From a virus: 64,000 bases of DNA. The notes beneath the pieces were generated by a model. The model was not told the DNA's origin, did not search any database, and saw only the letters and a program-made list of their open reading frames with translations. Below, piece after piece: positions 29,495 through 38,592 of the stretch. Position 1 is the first letter of the stretch. Each line of letters opens with the position of its first letter. The stretch lies in the IMG/VR virus record IMGVR_UViG_3300027833_000017; one strand, written 5' to 3'. The position numbers were made by a program, and so were the translations under genes.

Positions 29495-31048
29495 ATGAGC
29501 TACGATTATACAAGAACTGTCTCAATTACACCAGTAAGTACATCCTATTCATGGGATGCTACTCCTAATTGGATTACTATAACAAGAGTTTCTGTTAACT
29601 CTGACGACTGGACAATTACACTAGAACAAAACAACGGTGCTGCGCGAAGCGCAACACTTACTGTTAGGCATGCTAATTCAACAACGATTGACACTATTAC
29701 TGTAAATCAAGCTGAAGGCGTGGGTGTACCTGATCCAACTGCAACGCCAGTCCCAACTTCGGTTCCGAATGCAACCCCAGTTCCAACGGCACAACCAACA
29801 CCAGTTCCAACGGCACAACCAACACCAGTTCCAACGGCACAACCAACGTTAGGTCCAACCCCAGCGTTCACGTTCGCAACTAATACAACATCTGGTAATA
29901 GATTTGTATTTACACCTCAGTCGCTTAGTACTGATGTAGCGTATACAATTGTAGCTGATGGTCAGACTAGTCCAGCGGCACCTAGTAATTTTAGTACTAC
30001 GGGTGTTAGTGGAACAAACTTATCTGGTCCAACTGTAACACAAGACTCTAATGTATTTAATGGAACGTATAGGTTTACTAAAACTTTTTCACCTATAAAT
30101 AATATGAATGTTGACTGTACTGTAAATGCACCTTATGGCACATCCGACACATGGTACTGTGTACTCGAAGCTAATTCGGGAAGCAATAAAACCCCAACTG
30201 CAACTCCATCTCCAACTAGTGGAAGTGGAAGTGGCTCAGGGCCAGCTCCAACTGCGATGCCGACACCAGTTCCATCTGCAACATCACAACCTTATTATTT
30301 TAGATCAGCTACGCCATGTGATGGAGGTACAGCTAAAATTTTAAGAAGTGTTAATATTCTATCAAACAAGACTGCTGGAACTACTAATTGTCCTGGCCAA
30401 TCCGGAACAATTTACGAATTTACTGGTACTCAGTATATAGGTGATTCACAAACACCGTTTGACTGTACATACATGAGCCCTGCATTATGTGGCGGCGGAG
30501 GCACAGGCGGCGGCGGATGTCACGTAGCTGGAGAATTACTTACATTAGCCAATGGAGAAACTAAAGCGGTAGAGAATATAGTTATAGGGGATGACCTATT
30601 ATCTATTAACTTCGATGGATTTAGTTTGGACGGAGAATGGCAAGAATGGAAAAGAAGAGAAGAAACTCTAGAACCTGAATATACAAGCACTGTCGTTACA
30701 GGCATCAATGTCTTGGATTTTGATAAATATTACAACTTTAATAATGGATTATTAAAAATAACAGAAGAGCATCCAGTTCTAGTAAAAGACATGGTAGGCG
30801 ATATTTACTTTAAACAAGTGAGAGATATTGTTAATTCAGATTGGCTGTTAAACGAAGACAATATATGGGTAGATATTACATCTATAGAACTGGTAACAGT
30901 TCCTGAAAGATTTACAACCTATTCGTTCAATGTTGAAGAATGTGATTTATACTTTGCAAATGGTATAGTTGTACACAATGTTGAAGATCTTGAAAAAGAT
31001 TCTGAAGGGACCGGCGACGACGAATTTGGAGACGAAGGCATATACTAA
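29495..31048 (+). CDS. BACON-domain virion protein with Pro/Thr linkers and a C-terminal Hint (BIL/intein-like) domain
   Basis: PNWITIT...NNGAARSATLTV...ITVNQ indicates BACON. CHVAGELLTLANG...ITEEHPVLV...YSFNVEECDLYFANGIVVHN gives Hint blocks A, B, F and G. Confidence 0.85.
   Translation: MSYDYTRTVSITPVSTSYSWDATPNWITITRVSVNSDDWTITLEQNNGAARSATLTVRHANSTTIDTITVNQAEGVGVPDPTATPVPTSVPNATPVPTAQPTPVPTAQPTPVPTAQPTLGPTPAFTFATNTTSGNRFVFTPQSLSTDVAYTIVADGQTSPAAPSNFSTTGVSGTNLSGPTVTQDSNVFNGTYRFTKTFSPINNMNVDCTVNAPYGTSDTWYCVLEANSGSNKTPTATPSPTSGSGSGSGPAPTAMPTPVPSATSQPYYFRSATPCDGGTAKILRSVNILSNKTAGTTNCPGQSGTIYEFTGTQYIGDSQTPFDCTYMSPALCGGGGTGGGGCHVAGELLTLANGETKAVENIVIGDDLLSINFDGFSLDGEWQEWKRREETLEPEYTSTVVTGINVLDFDKYYNFNNGLLKITEEHPVLVKDMVGDIYFKQVRDIVNSDWLLNEDNIWVDITSIELVTVPERFTTYSFNVEECDLYFANGIVVHNVEDLEKDSEGTGDDEFGDEGIY
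29777..29848 (+). repeat. 24-bp tandem repeat x3 (PVPTAQPT)
   Basis: CCAGTTCCAACGGCACAACCAAC units seen directly. Confidence 0.9.
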
Positions 31049-31059
31049 TAAAGTTAAAT

Positions 31060-31863
31060 ATGAGTTTTTTAAATAAAATAATAAGTAATAAGAACACCCT
31101 CACTTTTGTGTTGGGTGCTCTTTTCGTTTTAATGTTTTTAAAACAATGTGATAGTATATCTTCTTTAAAACAAGATATTAAATATGCAAGGGAAGACGCT
31201 AACATATCTTTAAATAATTTAAAGGCATCTCAAGATTCTATTTCTATTTTAAGAAATGACAACGGAGATCAATTAGCACAGATCAGGTCGTTTAAAGTAG
31301 ATTTATCTATTAAAGACAATAATCTTATTAAAATGACAAAAAAGTATAAAAATGCTTTAGATTTAAATGAAGATTTAAGTGATGTAAACTCTTTAATTTC
31401 TGCTGAGTTAGAAATTAAAGATAGCTTATTAGCAAATGCAAGTGTAACTCAAATAGATTCTACAACTGCTGAAGTTAAATACGAATCATTTAAGGATTAT
31501 GGTAATGGTAACAGCAGGAGTTTATTTGGAAAATCAACTTTAAAATATGATTTTGGTCAGTTCAAGGTTTTAGATAGTAAATTTGAATTAACACAAACAC
31601 TAAGTTTAATGGCAGCAATAGAAAATGTTGACGGTGCAGATAGGCTTAAATTAAGTACTACGTATCCGGGTCTAGAAATTAAAGATATAGAAAATATTAA
31701 CTTAATTAACACGAGATTAAACAGGAAAAGTCAAAAGAAAGGTGGGTGGGCCATTGGATTTGGCGTTGGGTATGGAATTAATTTAAATAATAATCAAGTG
31801 ATTAGTACTGGACCCTCTATTGGGATAGGATTATATTACTCACCTAAATTTTTAAGGTTTTAA
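31060..31863 (+). CDS. membrane-anchored coiled-coil protein with a C-terminal Gly/aromatic beta-hairpin; candidate spanin-type lysis protein
   Basis: N-terminal TM LTFVLGALFVLMFL followed by KQC, then a coiled coil and a C-terminal GWAIGFGVGYG...SIGIGLYY segment. Confidence 0.45.
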   Translation: MSFLNKIISNKNTLTFVLGALFVLMFLKQCDSISSLKQDIKYAREDANISLNNLKASQDSISILRNDNGDQLAQIRSFKVDLSIKDNNLIKMTKKYKNALDLNEDLSDVNSLISAELEIKDSLLANASVTQIDSTTAEVKYESFKDYGNGNSRSLFGKSTLKYDFGQFKVLDSKFELTQTLSLMAAIENVDGADRLKLSTTYPGLEIKDIENINLINTRLNRKSQKKGGWAIGFGVGYGINLNNNQVISTGPSIGIGLYYSPKFLRF

Positions 31864-31877
31864 AATAAAATAATTAA

Positions 31878-33941
31878 ATGGCACAATCATCAAGATATTT
31901 TTATTTAGATTCTGATATTTTATTAGAATTCATTTATCATGATCAAGGAAATCCTTCTAAGTATCAAATAGAGGTGGACGATAATGGTAGTGAGGTAAAA
32001 TTCCTAGATACTGTAAAAGGAGTTACTTCAGAAAAAAGGCACTTGATCAATGAGTTGGGTAGTGCTGTTGTAAACTTTGATATAACAGAAACTTCAGGAT
32101 ATTTATCGGTTGAAAACTTTGCATCAAGAACTTTACTTTTACAAAACGGAAAAACTTATAAATTTAATTTAAGTTTATTAACAGATCCTAGTTTGTTTGA
32201 AATCAGCGGAGCTTTAGGAATATACTCTTATTCTGATGTAACTAAGATCGCACAATTTACACCTAATCAAAATGGAATAATAGAATATTCTTATGAAGGT
32301 TTAATTGGAGGTAAAATAATAGTAGACACAAGAGCAAATCCATTATTTGCAAATCCAGATGAAAATACTGGTAATGATATTAATCAAACTATTGGAAGAT
32401 ATCATGCTGTAAAGTCTGGTACTACTGGTACTAAATATGCTCTATTGGGTTATGATTCAACAGGAGATTATGAAATGTTTAATTACGTTAATAATAATGT
32501 TGATTGGTCGGGTGGAAATGAAACCGATCTTTTAAATAGCCAAACCAATGCAACTGCAAATATTAATTATATCAAATATGATAGTATTAGATTACACCTT
32601 AGAAGCGGGTATAGTTTTGCTGCTAGAGGATATGAAGGGTTTTTATTTGAAATAGCAACTAAAAGAAATTCAGGTGTTAGAAACAATTTAACACAGTTAG
32701 TATACTTAAATACCAGTAACTACGAGTATGCTAATCCCAAGCCTTTTATTTTAGGTGAGACATTATATAGTAAATTTATTGATATTAAAGTTCCTACTCT
32801 TGTGGAACAGAATGAAGAATTTAATGATTTATTTTATGGAGATGGAAGCGTAGGCTCTAGTGATTTAGATCCAACTTCTAATTATGAAATGACGTTTAAG
32901 TTAATAGATACGCTACAAACTATTAATGGATTTGATTATTTCCTTACGGGTGAAGAGAATAGTTTTACTATTTCTAGAGAAGATGAATTTCAAGATTTTA
33001 CCGTGGTAGTAGAAGATGCTACTGATGGCGATTACTTTAAAATATATGGAGAAAAAGATAATTCTATAGGTGCATTTGAAGCATACATACTAAATCAAAT
33101 AACTAAAACTTCAGATGATATAGTTGTAATGTTTGATGTTGATATTTTCGAAACTATAGGAGGTGTTGATGTTAAAACATTCCAGACATCGTATACACAA
33201 TATGAAGATTTCAATACACCTATTGTTTTTAGGCCAGTAATTATCAATAGTAATACTGCTTCTAGTTTTTCAGTAGATGTAACTATGAGAATTTGGAATC
33301 AAACTGATAATACACAAATAGTAAAAAGAGCTAGTTTAACTTTAACACAAGCTGCAAAATATGGTAAAAGATTAAATAAATTAAAAATTAATTCCCCAAA
33401 TCAGTTGACTGAAGTTTATAATGTTTTGCCTGAATTATCTTCCAATAAAATTATAGAAGGAATATTTACAGACAACTTACCTAAAAGTATAAAGTATGTT
33501 CCTACGTTTATAGAGAGGCATAACGTTATTGCATCAAAATCAAAAATAGTGTTTGATTCTTCTAATGAAAATATAATGACACAGAGTATTACCGAGGTAG
33601 ATACTTCTGAATTTGTAAATGAAACAAAACTAAATATTGACATACCACCATTTACTTCATATTACAAATTTGTGATTGCTAAAAGAAAGGGTGATGATGT
33701 TGAATTTATTTCTTTTACAAATGCTGAAAATGTAATATTAACATTTGGCGATGGAAAACAAAAATTAAAATTTAATCATATATCAAACAAGGATATTGAT
33801 ATGGGTGAAGGTGAAGTTTTGTTTAAAATAAGCGAAGCTAATGCTAATACTATTAGGGGTATGAAAAACAATAAGTTTTATATTAGTGTTAATAATGGCA
33901 TTGATGAGAATATGATCATGTCTGGTAAATTTAAGAAATAA
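31878..33941 (+). CDS. virion structural protein, unknown family
   Basis: 687-aa beta-rich ORF in the structural block. Confidence 0.5.
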   Translation: MAQSSRYFYLDSDILLEFIYHDQGNPSKYQIEVDDNGSEVKFLDTVKGVTSEKRHLINELGSAVVNFDITETSGYLSVENFASRTLLLQNGKTYKFNLSLLTDPSLFEISGALGIYSYSDVTKIAQFTPNQNGIIEYSYEGLIGGKIIVDTRANPLFANPDENTGNDINQTIGRYHAVKSGTTGTKYALLGYDSTGDYEMFNYVNNNVDWSGGNETDLLNSQTNATANINYIKYDSIRLHLRSGYSFAARGYEGFLFEIATKRNSGVRNNLTQLVYLNTSNYEYANPKPFILGETLYSKFIDIKVPTLVEQNEEFNDLFYGDGSVGSSDLDPTSNYEMTFKLIDTLQTINGFDYFLTGEENSFTISREDEFQDFTVVVEDATDGDYFKIYGEKDNSIGAFEAYILNQITKTSDDIVVMFDVDIFETIGGVDVKTFQTSYTQYEDFNTPIVFRPVIINSNTASSFSVDVTMRIWNQTDNTQIVKRASLTLTQAAKYGKRLNKLKINSPNQLTEVYNVLPELSSNKIIEGIFTDNLPKSIKYVPTFIERHNVIASKSKIVFDSSNENIMTQSITEVDTSEFVNETKLNIDIPPFTSYYKFVIAKRKGDDVEFISFTNAENVILTFGDGKQKLKFNHISNKDIDMGEGEVLFKISEANANTIRGMKNNKFYISVNNGIDENMIMSGKFKK

Positions 33942-33950
33942 TAAAAAACG

Positions 33951-34505
33951 ATGATCTTAAATAGTAGAAATAATTCATTCGACTTTAGATTTCCAAGAGG
34001 ATTTGTACCTAAAGAAGTTGCTGATAAATATAAAAAATACATTAACAATGTGCCAGGTGGTTTATTATCTGAACCTGTGGATTTTATAAACTATAGCATT
34101 CAAGGTATTAATATACCAGGTGTTTCTTTTAATCCGTTAACACAAGAGGATAATGATGGCTCTATAAGGTATCACAGAGGTGCAATACCTATACAAAATA
34201 CAATTAATAGAGAATTTACAGTTAGTATGCAATTACTAGATGGGTTTATTAATTATTGGATCATGATGGATACACTTTTATGGTATTATGCTAGATCCAC
34301 TAAACAGTCTCATATAGAATCTCCATTAACTTTAAGAATATTAGATGCGGAAGGGGCATCAGTTGCATACATGGAATTTACAGATTGTATCATGAACTCT
34401 ATTAATGAATTAAATTTAAATTTTGCAGAAAACGTTGCATCTTTTCAAACATTTGAAGTTACGTTCTTTTACAATAGATTAAACCTTAGATTAGAATTAG
34501 AATAA
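33951..34505 (+). CDS. tail tube terminator/tube-fold protein (gp3/gp19-like)
   Basis: SFDFRFP...YSIQGINIPGVSF...EFTVSMQLLDGFINYW...FEVTFFY follows the tube-fold motif order. Confidence 0.65.
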   Translation: MILNSRNNSFDFRFPRGFVPKEVADKYKKYINNVPGGLLSEPVDFINYSIQGINIPGVSFNPLTQEDNDGSIRYHRGAIPIQNTINREFTVSMQLLDGFINYWIMMDTLLWYYARSTKQSHIESPLTLRILDAEGASVAYMEFTDCIMNSINELNLNFAENVASFQTFEVTFFYNRLNLRLELE

Positions 34506-34522
34506 AATAAGATATATAATAC

Positions 34523-34891
34523 ATGAAAACATTTAATACATATTTAATTGAAAACGCTGTTAACGAACAGGATTTAGAACTTATTAATGAGGGACTTCAA
34601 GAAACTTGGACTCCAGAGTTAGAAGAGAAAATAGATGCGGCGTTAGAATCTTTTGCCTTAGAATATCAAAACGAAGATGGTTCTTATGATATTGAGAGAC
34701 TTAATGAAGAGATGACTAATGAAGGTTTCTTTGGATCGATTATTGGTGGACTTACAGGTTTTGCTTTAGGGAAATCTATTGGTAAAATGCTAGCAAAAGT
34801 TCTTGGTATCCAAAAAGGTGTATTTTATGATTTACTAACTTCTAGACTTGTAGGTGCCGCATTAGGTGCTGCTCTAGGTAAAAAACTGTAA
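34523..34891 (+). CDS. capsid-targeted protein: acidic pro-region plus basic glycine-zipper C-terminal peptide
   Basis: MKTFNTYLIE start, several xNE sites, then GFFGSIIGGLTGFALG...LVGAALGAALGKKL. Late-type motif at 34511. Confidence 0.6.
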   Translation: MKTFNTYLIENAVNEQDLELINEGLQETWTPELEEKIDAALESFALEYQNEDGSYDIERLNEEMTNEGFFGSIIGGLTGFALGKSIGKMLAKVLGIQKGVFYDLLTSRLVGAALGAALGKKL

Positions 34892-35542
34892 ATGAATTAT
34901 TTAGCAGTAGATTTTTCTTTAAATTCTCCAGGTTTAGCCATATATAATGATAAAAAAAAGAGTTATCATTTTATTAGTTATATAAAACCTAAAACAGGAA
35001 CTAAAGCAGAACAAAGACTTCAAGAAGAGATTTCTCTATTAGAAGATGTCACTTTAGTTAATCAACCTGATTTTACAAACAATGAAGCTTTCTCAAGTGC
35101 CGAACTCTTAAAGGTAAAGAGATATGATAAAATGGCTGATGACTTAATCAACCTAATATTACAAAATTCTTTTGAGGGTGATGGTTTCACCATAGCATTC
35201 GAAGGTACATCATATGGTTCCAAAATGGGAACTAATAATATGATTGATATGGCAGCAGGAGCCGCAATCTTAAAGCTTAAACTTTTAAAGACCTTAAATC
35301 CAGAAGATTTACTTACTGTTGCTCCTACTACAATTAAGAAGTTTGCAGGTAAAGGTAACATGAATAAACTACAATTATTTGAAGCTTACCAGAAAAATGT
35401 GAACGAAGACCAAATCTTGGCTAAAAGCCCTTTGTGGAAAATAGTCAAAGACCTAGAAATTGGGAAGAAGATCCCGAAGCCATTAGATGACTTAGTGGAC
35501 GCTTATTTTCTAGCATCATACGTTTCAAACCTCCAAGCCTAA
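34892..35542 (+). CDS. RuvC-like Holliday junction resolvase
   Basis: YLAVDFSLNSPGLA, IAFEG, PTTIKKFAG and DDLVDAYF supply the RNase H-fold catalytic residues. Confidence 0.8.
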   Translation: MNYLAVDFSLNSPGLAIYNDKKKSYHFISYIKPKTGTKAEQRLQEEISLLEDVTLVNQPDFTNNEAFSSAELLKVKRYDKMADDLINLILQNSFEGDGFTIAFEGTSYGSKMGTNNMIDMAAGAAILKLKLLKTLNPEDLLTVAPTTIKKFAGKGNMNKLQLFEAYQKNVNEDQILAKSPLWKIVKDLEIGKKIPKPLDDLVDAYFLASYVSNLQA

Positions 35543-35688
35543 TCTAACTTCTGGCTTAACTAACATTTGTTATATACACTTACCGAAAAACTGTTTCATT
35601 TTATTTTAAAAAAAATTAAAATTAATCCCAGATGAAACAAATTAAAGGTTAGATATATAATAAGTATAATAACAAAAGTATAAATTAC

Positions 35689-35859
35689 ATGTTAGTTACA
35701 ACAGATTACCTTCGTTTATTAAACATCCTACAAAAAATGGTGATAGCGAACCAGCTTACTGAAAAGCAAGCGTCAGAGTTACTTCACAAATCAGGACTGA
35801 TTAAGTTAGAGGAGAATAAATGGAAGGAACCTTCTGGAGGAATCTTATCAATTAATTGA
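35689..35859 (+). CDS. small hypothetical protein (56 aa, not in the ORF track)
   Basis: MLVTTDYLRLLNILQKMVIANQLTEKQASELLHKSGLIKLEENKWKEPSGGILSIN, located directly after promoter motifs at 35634-35661. Confidence 0.55.
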   Translation: MLVTTDYLRLLNILQKMVIANQLTEKQASELLHKSGLIKLEENKWKEPSGGILSIN

Positions 35860-35950
35860 AACTATTTATTATTATACAATATAAAGAAACGAAAGAACAT
35901 TAAAGTAATTTCAAGGTAAACAATTTTAACAAACTAAACAATTTAAAGGT

Positions 35951-36871
35951 ATGAGTGATTCATTTGACATTTTTAACTTGGGCGTGGAAGACGTAGAAAC
36001 GCATCAAGTACAAGCAAGTAGTTCTACTAACGAGATCTACAAACCAACCGCAGACGACGGTAAAGACGGAACTTACAAAGCATTAATACGTTTTGTACCA
36101 AATCCAGAAAACCCTCGTAATTCCCTAATCCAAAAATACGTACACTGGTTAACAAACTCTAGTGGCGATGGTAAATTAGTTGATTCTCCAGCAACAATCG
36201 GAGAAAAATGCCCTATCGCAGATGTATTTTGGAAATTGCGTAAATCAGATTCAGCTGTAGATAGAAAATCTTCAGATAAACTGAAAAGACGCCAACAATA
36301 CTATTCTTTAGTAAAGATCGTAAAAGATCCACAAAATCCAGAACTAGAAGGTACTTACAAGGTATTTAAATTTGGATATAAGATTAAAGAAAAGATCGAC
36401 GCAGAATTAAAACCAAACTTTGGTGAACCAACACAAGTATTCGATTTGTTCGAAGGTAAAAACTTTGAGTTAGTTATCACTAGACAAGGTGAATATAATA
36501 ACTACGATACATCTAAATTTTCTTCTAGTAAGTCAGCTATTATTATGGGTGATGCTCCGGCAGAACGTAGTAAAGAAACTATGACTACTATCAAAGAAGA
36601 ATTAGAAGCGGCTCCTTCATTAAAAGGATATGATTATCAAGCATGGGACGAAGATACAAGATCATTTGTGAATGATGTATTAAGAATGTATCTTAATCCA
36701 GGTGATTCTATTGCATCGATGACATCGAGTACTCCAAAGGCAGCAACTAAAACTGCAACAGCAGTAAAAGAAAAGCCAGCAGCGGCACCTGTGACATCAA
36801 CGTCAGAATCAACTTCAAGTGTATCAACAGATGATGATCTAGATTCTTTCTTGAATGACCTCGACATCTAA
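35951..36871 (+). CDS. single-stranded DNA-binding protein, T4 gp32-like
   Basis: YKALIRFVP, KCPI, GKNFELVI...YNNYDTSKF, and the acidic tail DDDLDSFLNDL. Confidence 0.9.
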   Translation: MSDSFDIFNLGVEDVETHQVQASSSTNEIYKPTADDGKDGTYKALIRFVPNPENPRNSLIQKYVHWLTNSSGDGKLVDSPATIGEKCPIADVFWKLRKSDSAVDRKSSDKLKRRQQYYSLVKIVKDPQNPELEGTYKVFKFGYKIKEKIDAELKPNFGEPTQVFDLFEGKNFELVITRQGEYNNYDTSKFSSSKSAIIMGDAPAERSKETMTTIKEELEAAPSLKGYDYQAWDEDTRSFVNDVLRMYLNPGDSIASMTSSTPKAATKTATAVKEKPAAAPVTSTSESTSSVSTDDDLDSFLNDLDI

Positions 36872-37934
36872 TAACATAGAACTTACTGAAGAGTTAAAGG
36901 ATAAAATTAGATATGCACTTAAACAAGTAGTATCTCAAATACATTCCACTCCTAATAAGAAGCTACTAAAGGACATGCATGGGCGAATAACCTGTGCATG
37001 TCCATATTGTGGCGATTCTCATTCAGATGATACTAAGAAGAGGGGTAATATATTTTGGGATACATTACAATACCATTGCTATAATTGCAGTTATCACACT
37101 AATTTATATTCTTTTTTAAAGGATCATGATGTTAAGATGGACACATCTAATGACTCTTTTATGGTCATCGATTACATCAAACAAAACAAAATACAGGTAA
37201 ACCCAGAGTCTGTATTGAAACACCAAGCACTAGAAAAGATACATAATCTAGCAATTGATGTTGAAGAATTCAAGAAACATTTTAAAGCTAAAGTAATAGA
37301 ACCCGGTGATTGGATTTGGTTTCAATTAAAAGATAGGTTATTACATAATAGATCCGAAGAATTTCTATATTCAGATAAAGAGTTTCGCCTATGGATTCTT
37401 AATTATAGTACAGATGGTAAAATTATAGGCGCGCAGACACGTAGAATGAAAGGATATGGTCAAAGATATCTAACTTATGATTTACCAAAATTATATGAAG
37501 AAATGGGTAAGCCATTAGAAATGAGTAACGAGGAACTAAACACTCTTACAAAGATATCAACGCTTTTTGGAATTATGCAATTAAATTTCCAAAGACCTAT
37601 AACAATGTTCGAAGGACCATTAGATGCTAAATTTATGAATAACTCATTGGCTTTGGCAACTGCCGGTAGATCAACGGATGATTTTGATGAGATACCAACT
37701 GTTAGATACATGTTTGATAACGATGCAACAGGTAAAAAGAAGATGGCAGAAAAGCTAAAAAAAGGACGTCCTGTTTTCATGTGGACTAAATTTCTTAGTG
37801 AAAATAAACTAGATACATATAATATTAAGGATCTAAATGATTTAATATTGAAGTGTTTTGAGCTTAAAATCGATGCTCATAAAAAGATCGATAATTATTT
37901 CACTTCTAATCAATTAGATTTATGGTATGTATAG
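36855..37934 (+). CDS. DNA primase, T4 gp61-like
   Basis: Zn ribbon CPYCGDS...YHCYNC and TOPRIM motifs FEGPLDA and MFDND. Confidence 0.9.
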   Translation: MTSTSNNIELTEELKDKIRYALKQVVSQIHSTPNKKLLKDMHGRITCACPYCGDSHSDDTKKRGNIFWDTLQYHCYNCSYHTNLYSFLKDHDVKMDTSNDSFMVIDYIKQNKIQVNPESVLKHQALEKIHNLAIDVEEFKKHFKAKVIEPGDWIWFQLKDRLLHNRSEEFLYSDKEFRLWILNYSTDGKIIGAQTRRMKGYGQRYLTYDLPKLYEEMGKPLEMSNEELNTLTKISTLFGIMQLNFQRPITMFEGPLDAKFMNNSLALATAGRSTDDFDEIPTVRYMFDNDATGKKKMAEKLKKGRPVFMWTKFLSENKLDTYNIKDLNDLILKCFELKIDAHKKIDNYFTSNQLDLWYV

Positions 37935-38143
37935 AAACGATTAACGACATGGTTGAGGACAACTTTGATGAGTTCCAAAAAGACAGTGATAGATTTAAGG
38001 GTATGAAACTTTTGATAGATTTCAAGCCATTAGATCTTAGTGTCAATTCTCCAGAAATGGAAATGCCAAAACCTAAATTTAAGAAGAGGCAAATAACATC
38101 AAAATTTATTAAACCAAATCCTAACAAGAAATCATTATTTTAA
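37922..38143 (+). CDS. small hypothetical protein
   Basis: Fills the gap between primase and uvsY and ends in KKSLF. The start may instead be 37949. Confidence 0.5.
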   Translation: MVCIETINDMVEDNFDEFQKDSDRFKGMKLLIDFKPLDLSVNSPEMEMPKPKFKKRQITSKFIKPNPNKKSLF

Positions 38144-38144
38144 T

Positions 38145-38567
38145 ATGACTAAAGAAAACATACTAGCATTAGACGGAAAATTAAGCAGACAAAGAACTGA
38201 GTGGACAAATAATATAAAAAAATTGGCACAGAGTTTGAGAAACTTAAATTTAATGGAAGAAACAATTGCTGAAGTTTTATCTTCGCGTCAATCTCTAGTG
38301 GAACAAATGTCATATTTAAATATGAAGGTAAAAGAACAAAAAGCAAAAGTAGCCATCAGATATAGAGAAGCTTATATTAGATACTATGAATATGATTATA
38401 AACTCGGAGAAAAACAAAAAGAAAGATTTATAGAGACAGATTTAGCAGATGAAAATATGATACTGTCGCATCTAGAAAATCAAGTTGAGTTTTTTAGAGA
38501 TTCGGTAAAAACCCTAGATAATATGGGATTTGCCATTCGTAATAGACTAGCATTAAAAGATCTATAA
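38145..38567 (+). CDS. uvsY: recombination mediator UvsY-like
   Basis: 140-aa helical protein ending in VKTLDNMGFAIRNRL, immediately upstream of uvsW. Confidence 0.7.
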   Translation: MTKENILALDGKLSRQRTEWTNNIKKLAQSLRNLNLMEETIAEVLSSRQSLVEQMSYLNMKVKEQKAKVAIRYREAYIRYYEYDYKLGEKQKERFIETDLADENMILSHLENQVEFFRDSVKTLDNMGFAIRNRLALKDL

Positions 38568-38592
38568 CGAAAAATAAAAATGCTCTAACAAA

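Noticed and set aside
29020-29568. Overlapping + strand 182-aa Gln/Val-rich ORF
   Set aside because: It is an alternative frame kept open by the tandem repeats, has no credible start context, and overlaps two real genes.
30518-30979. Canonical mobile intein
   Set aside because: The +1 residue is Val, there is no homing endonuclease, and it is not inserted in a conserved enzyme motif. Treated as a BIL/Hint processing domain instead.
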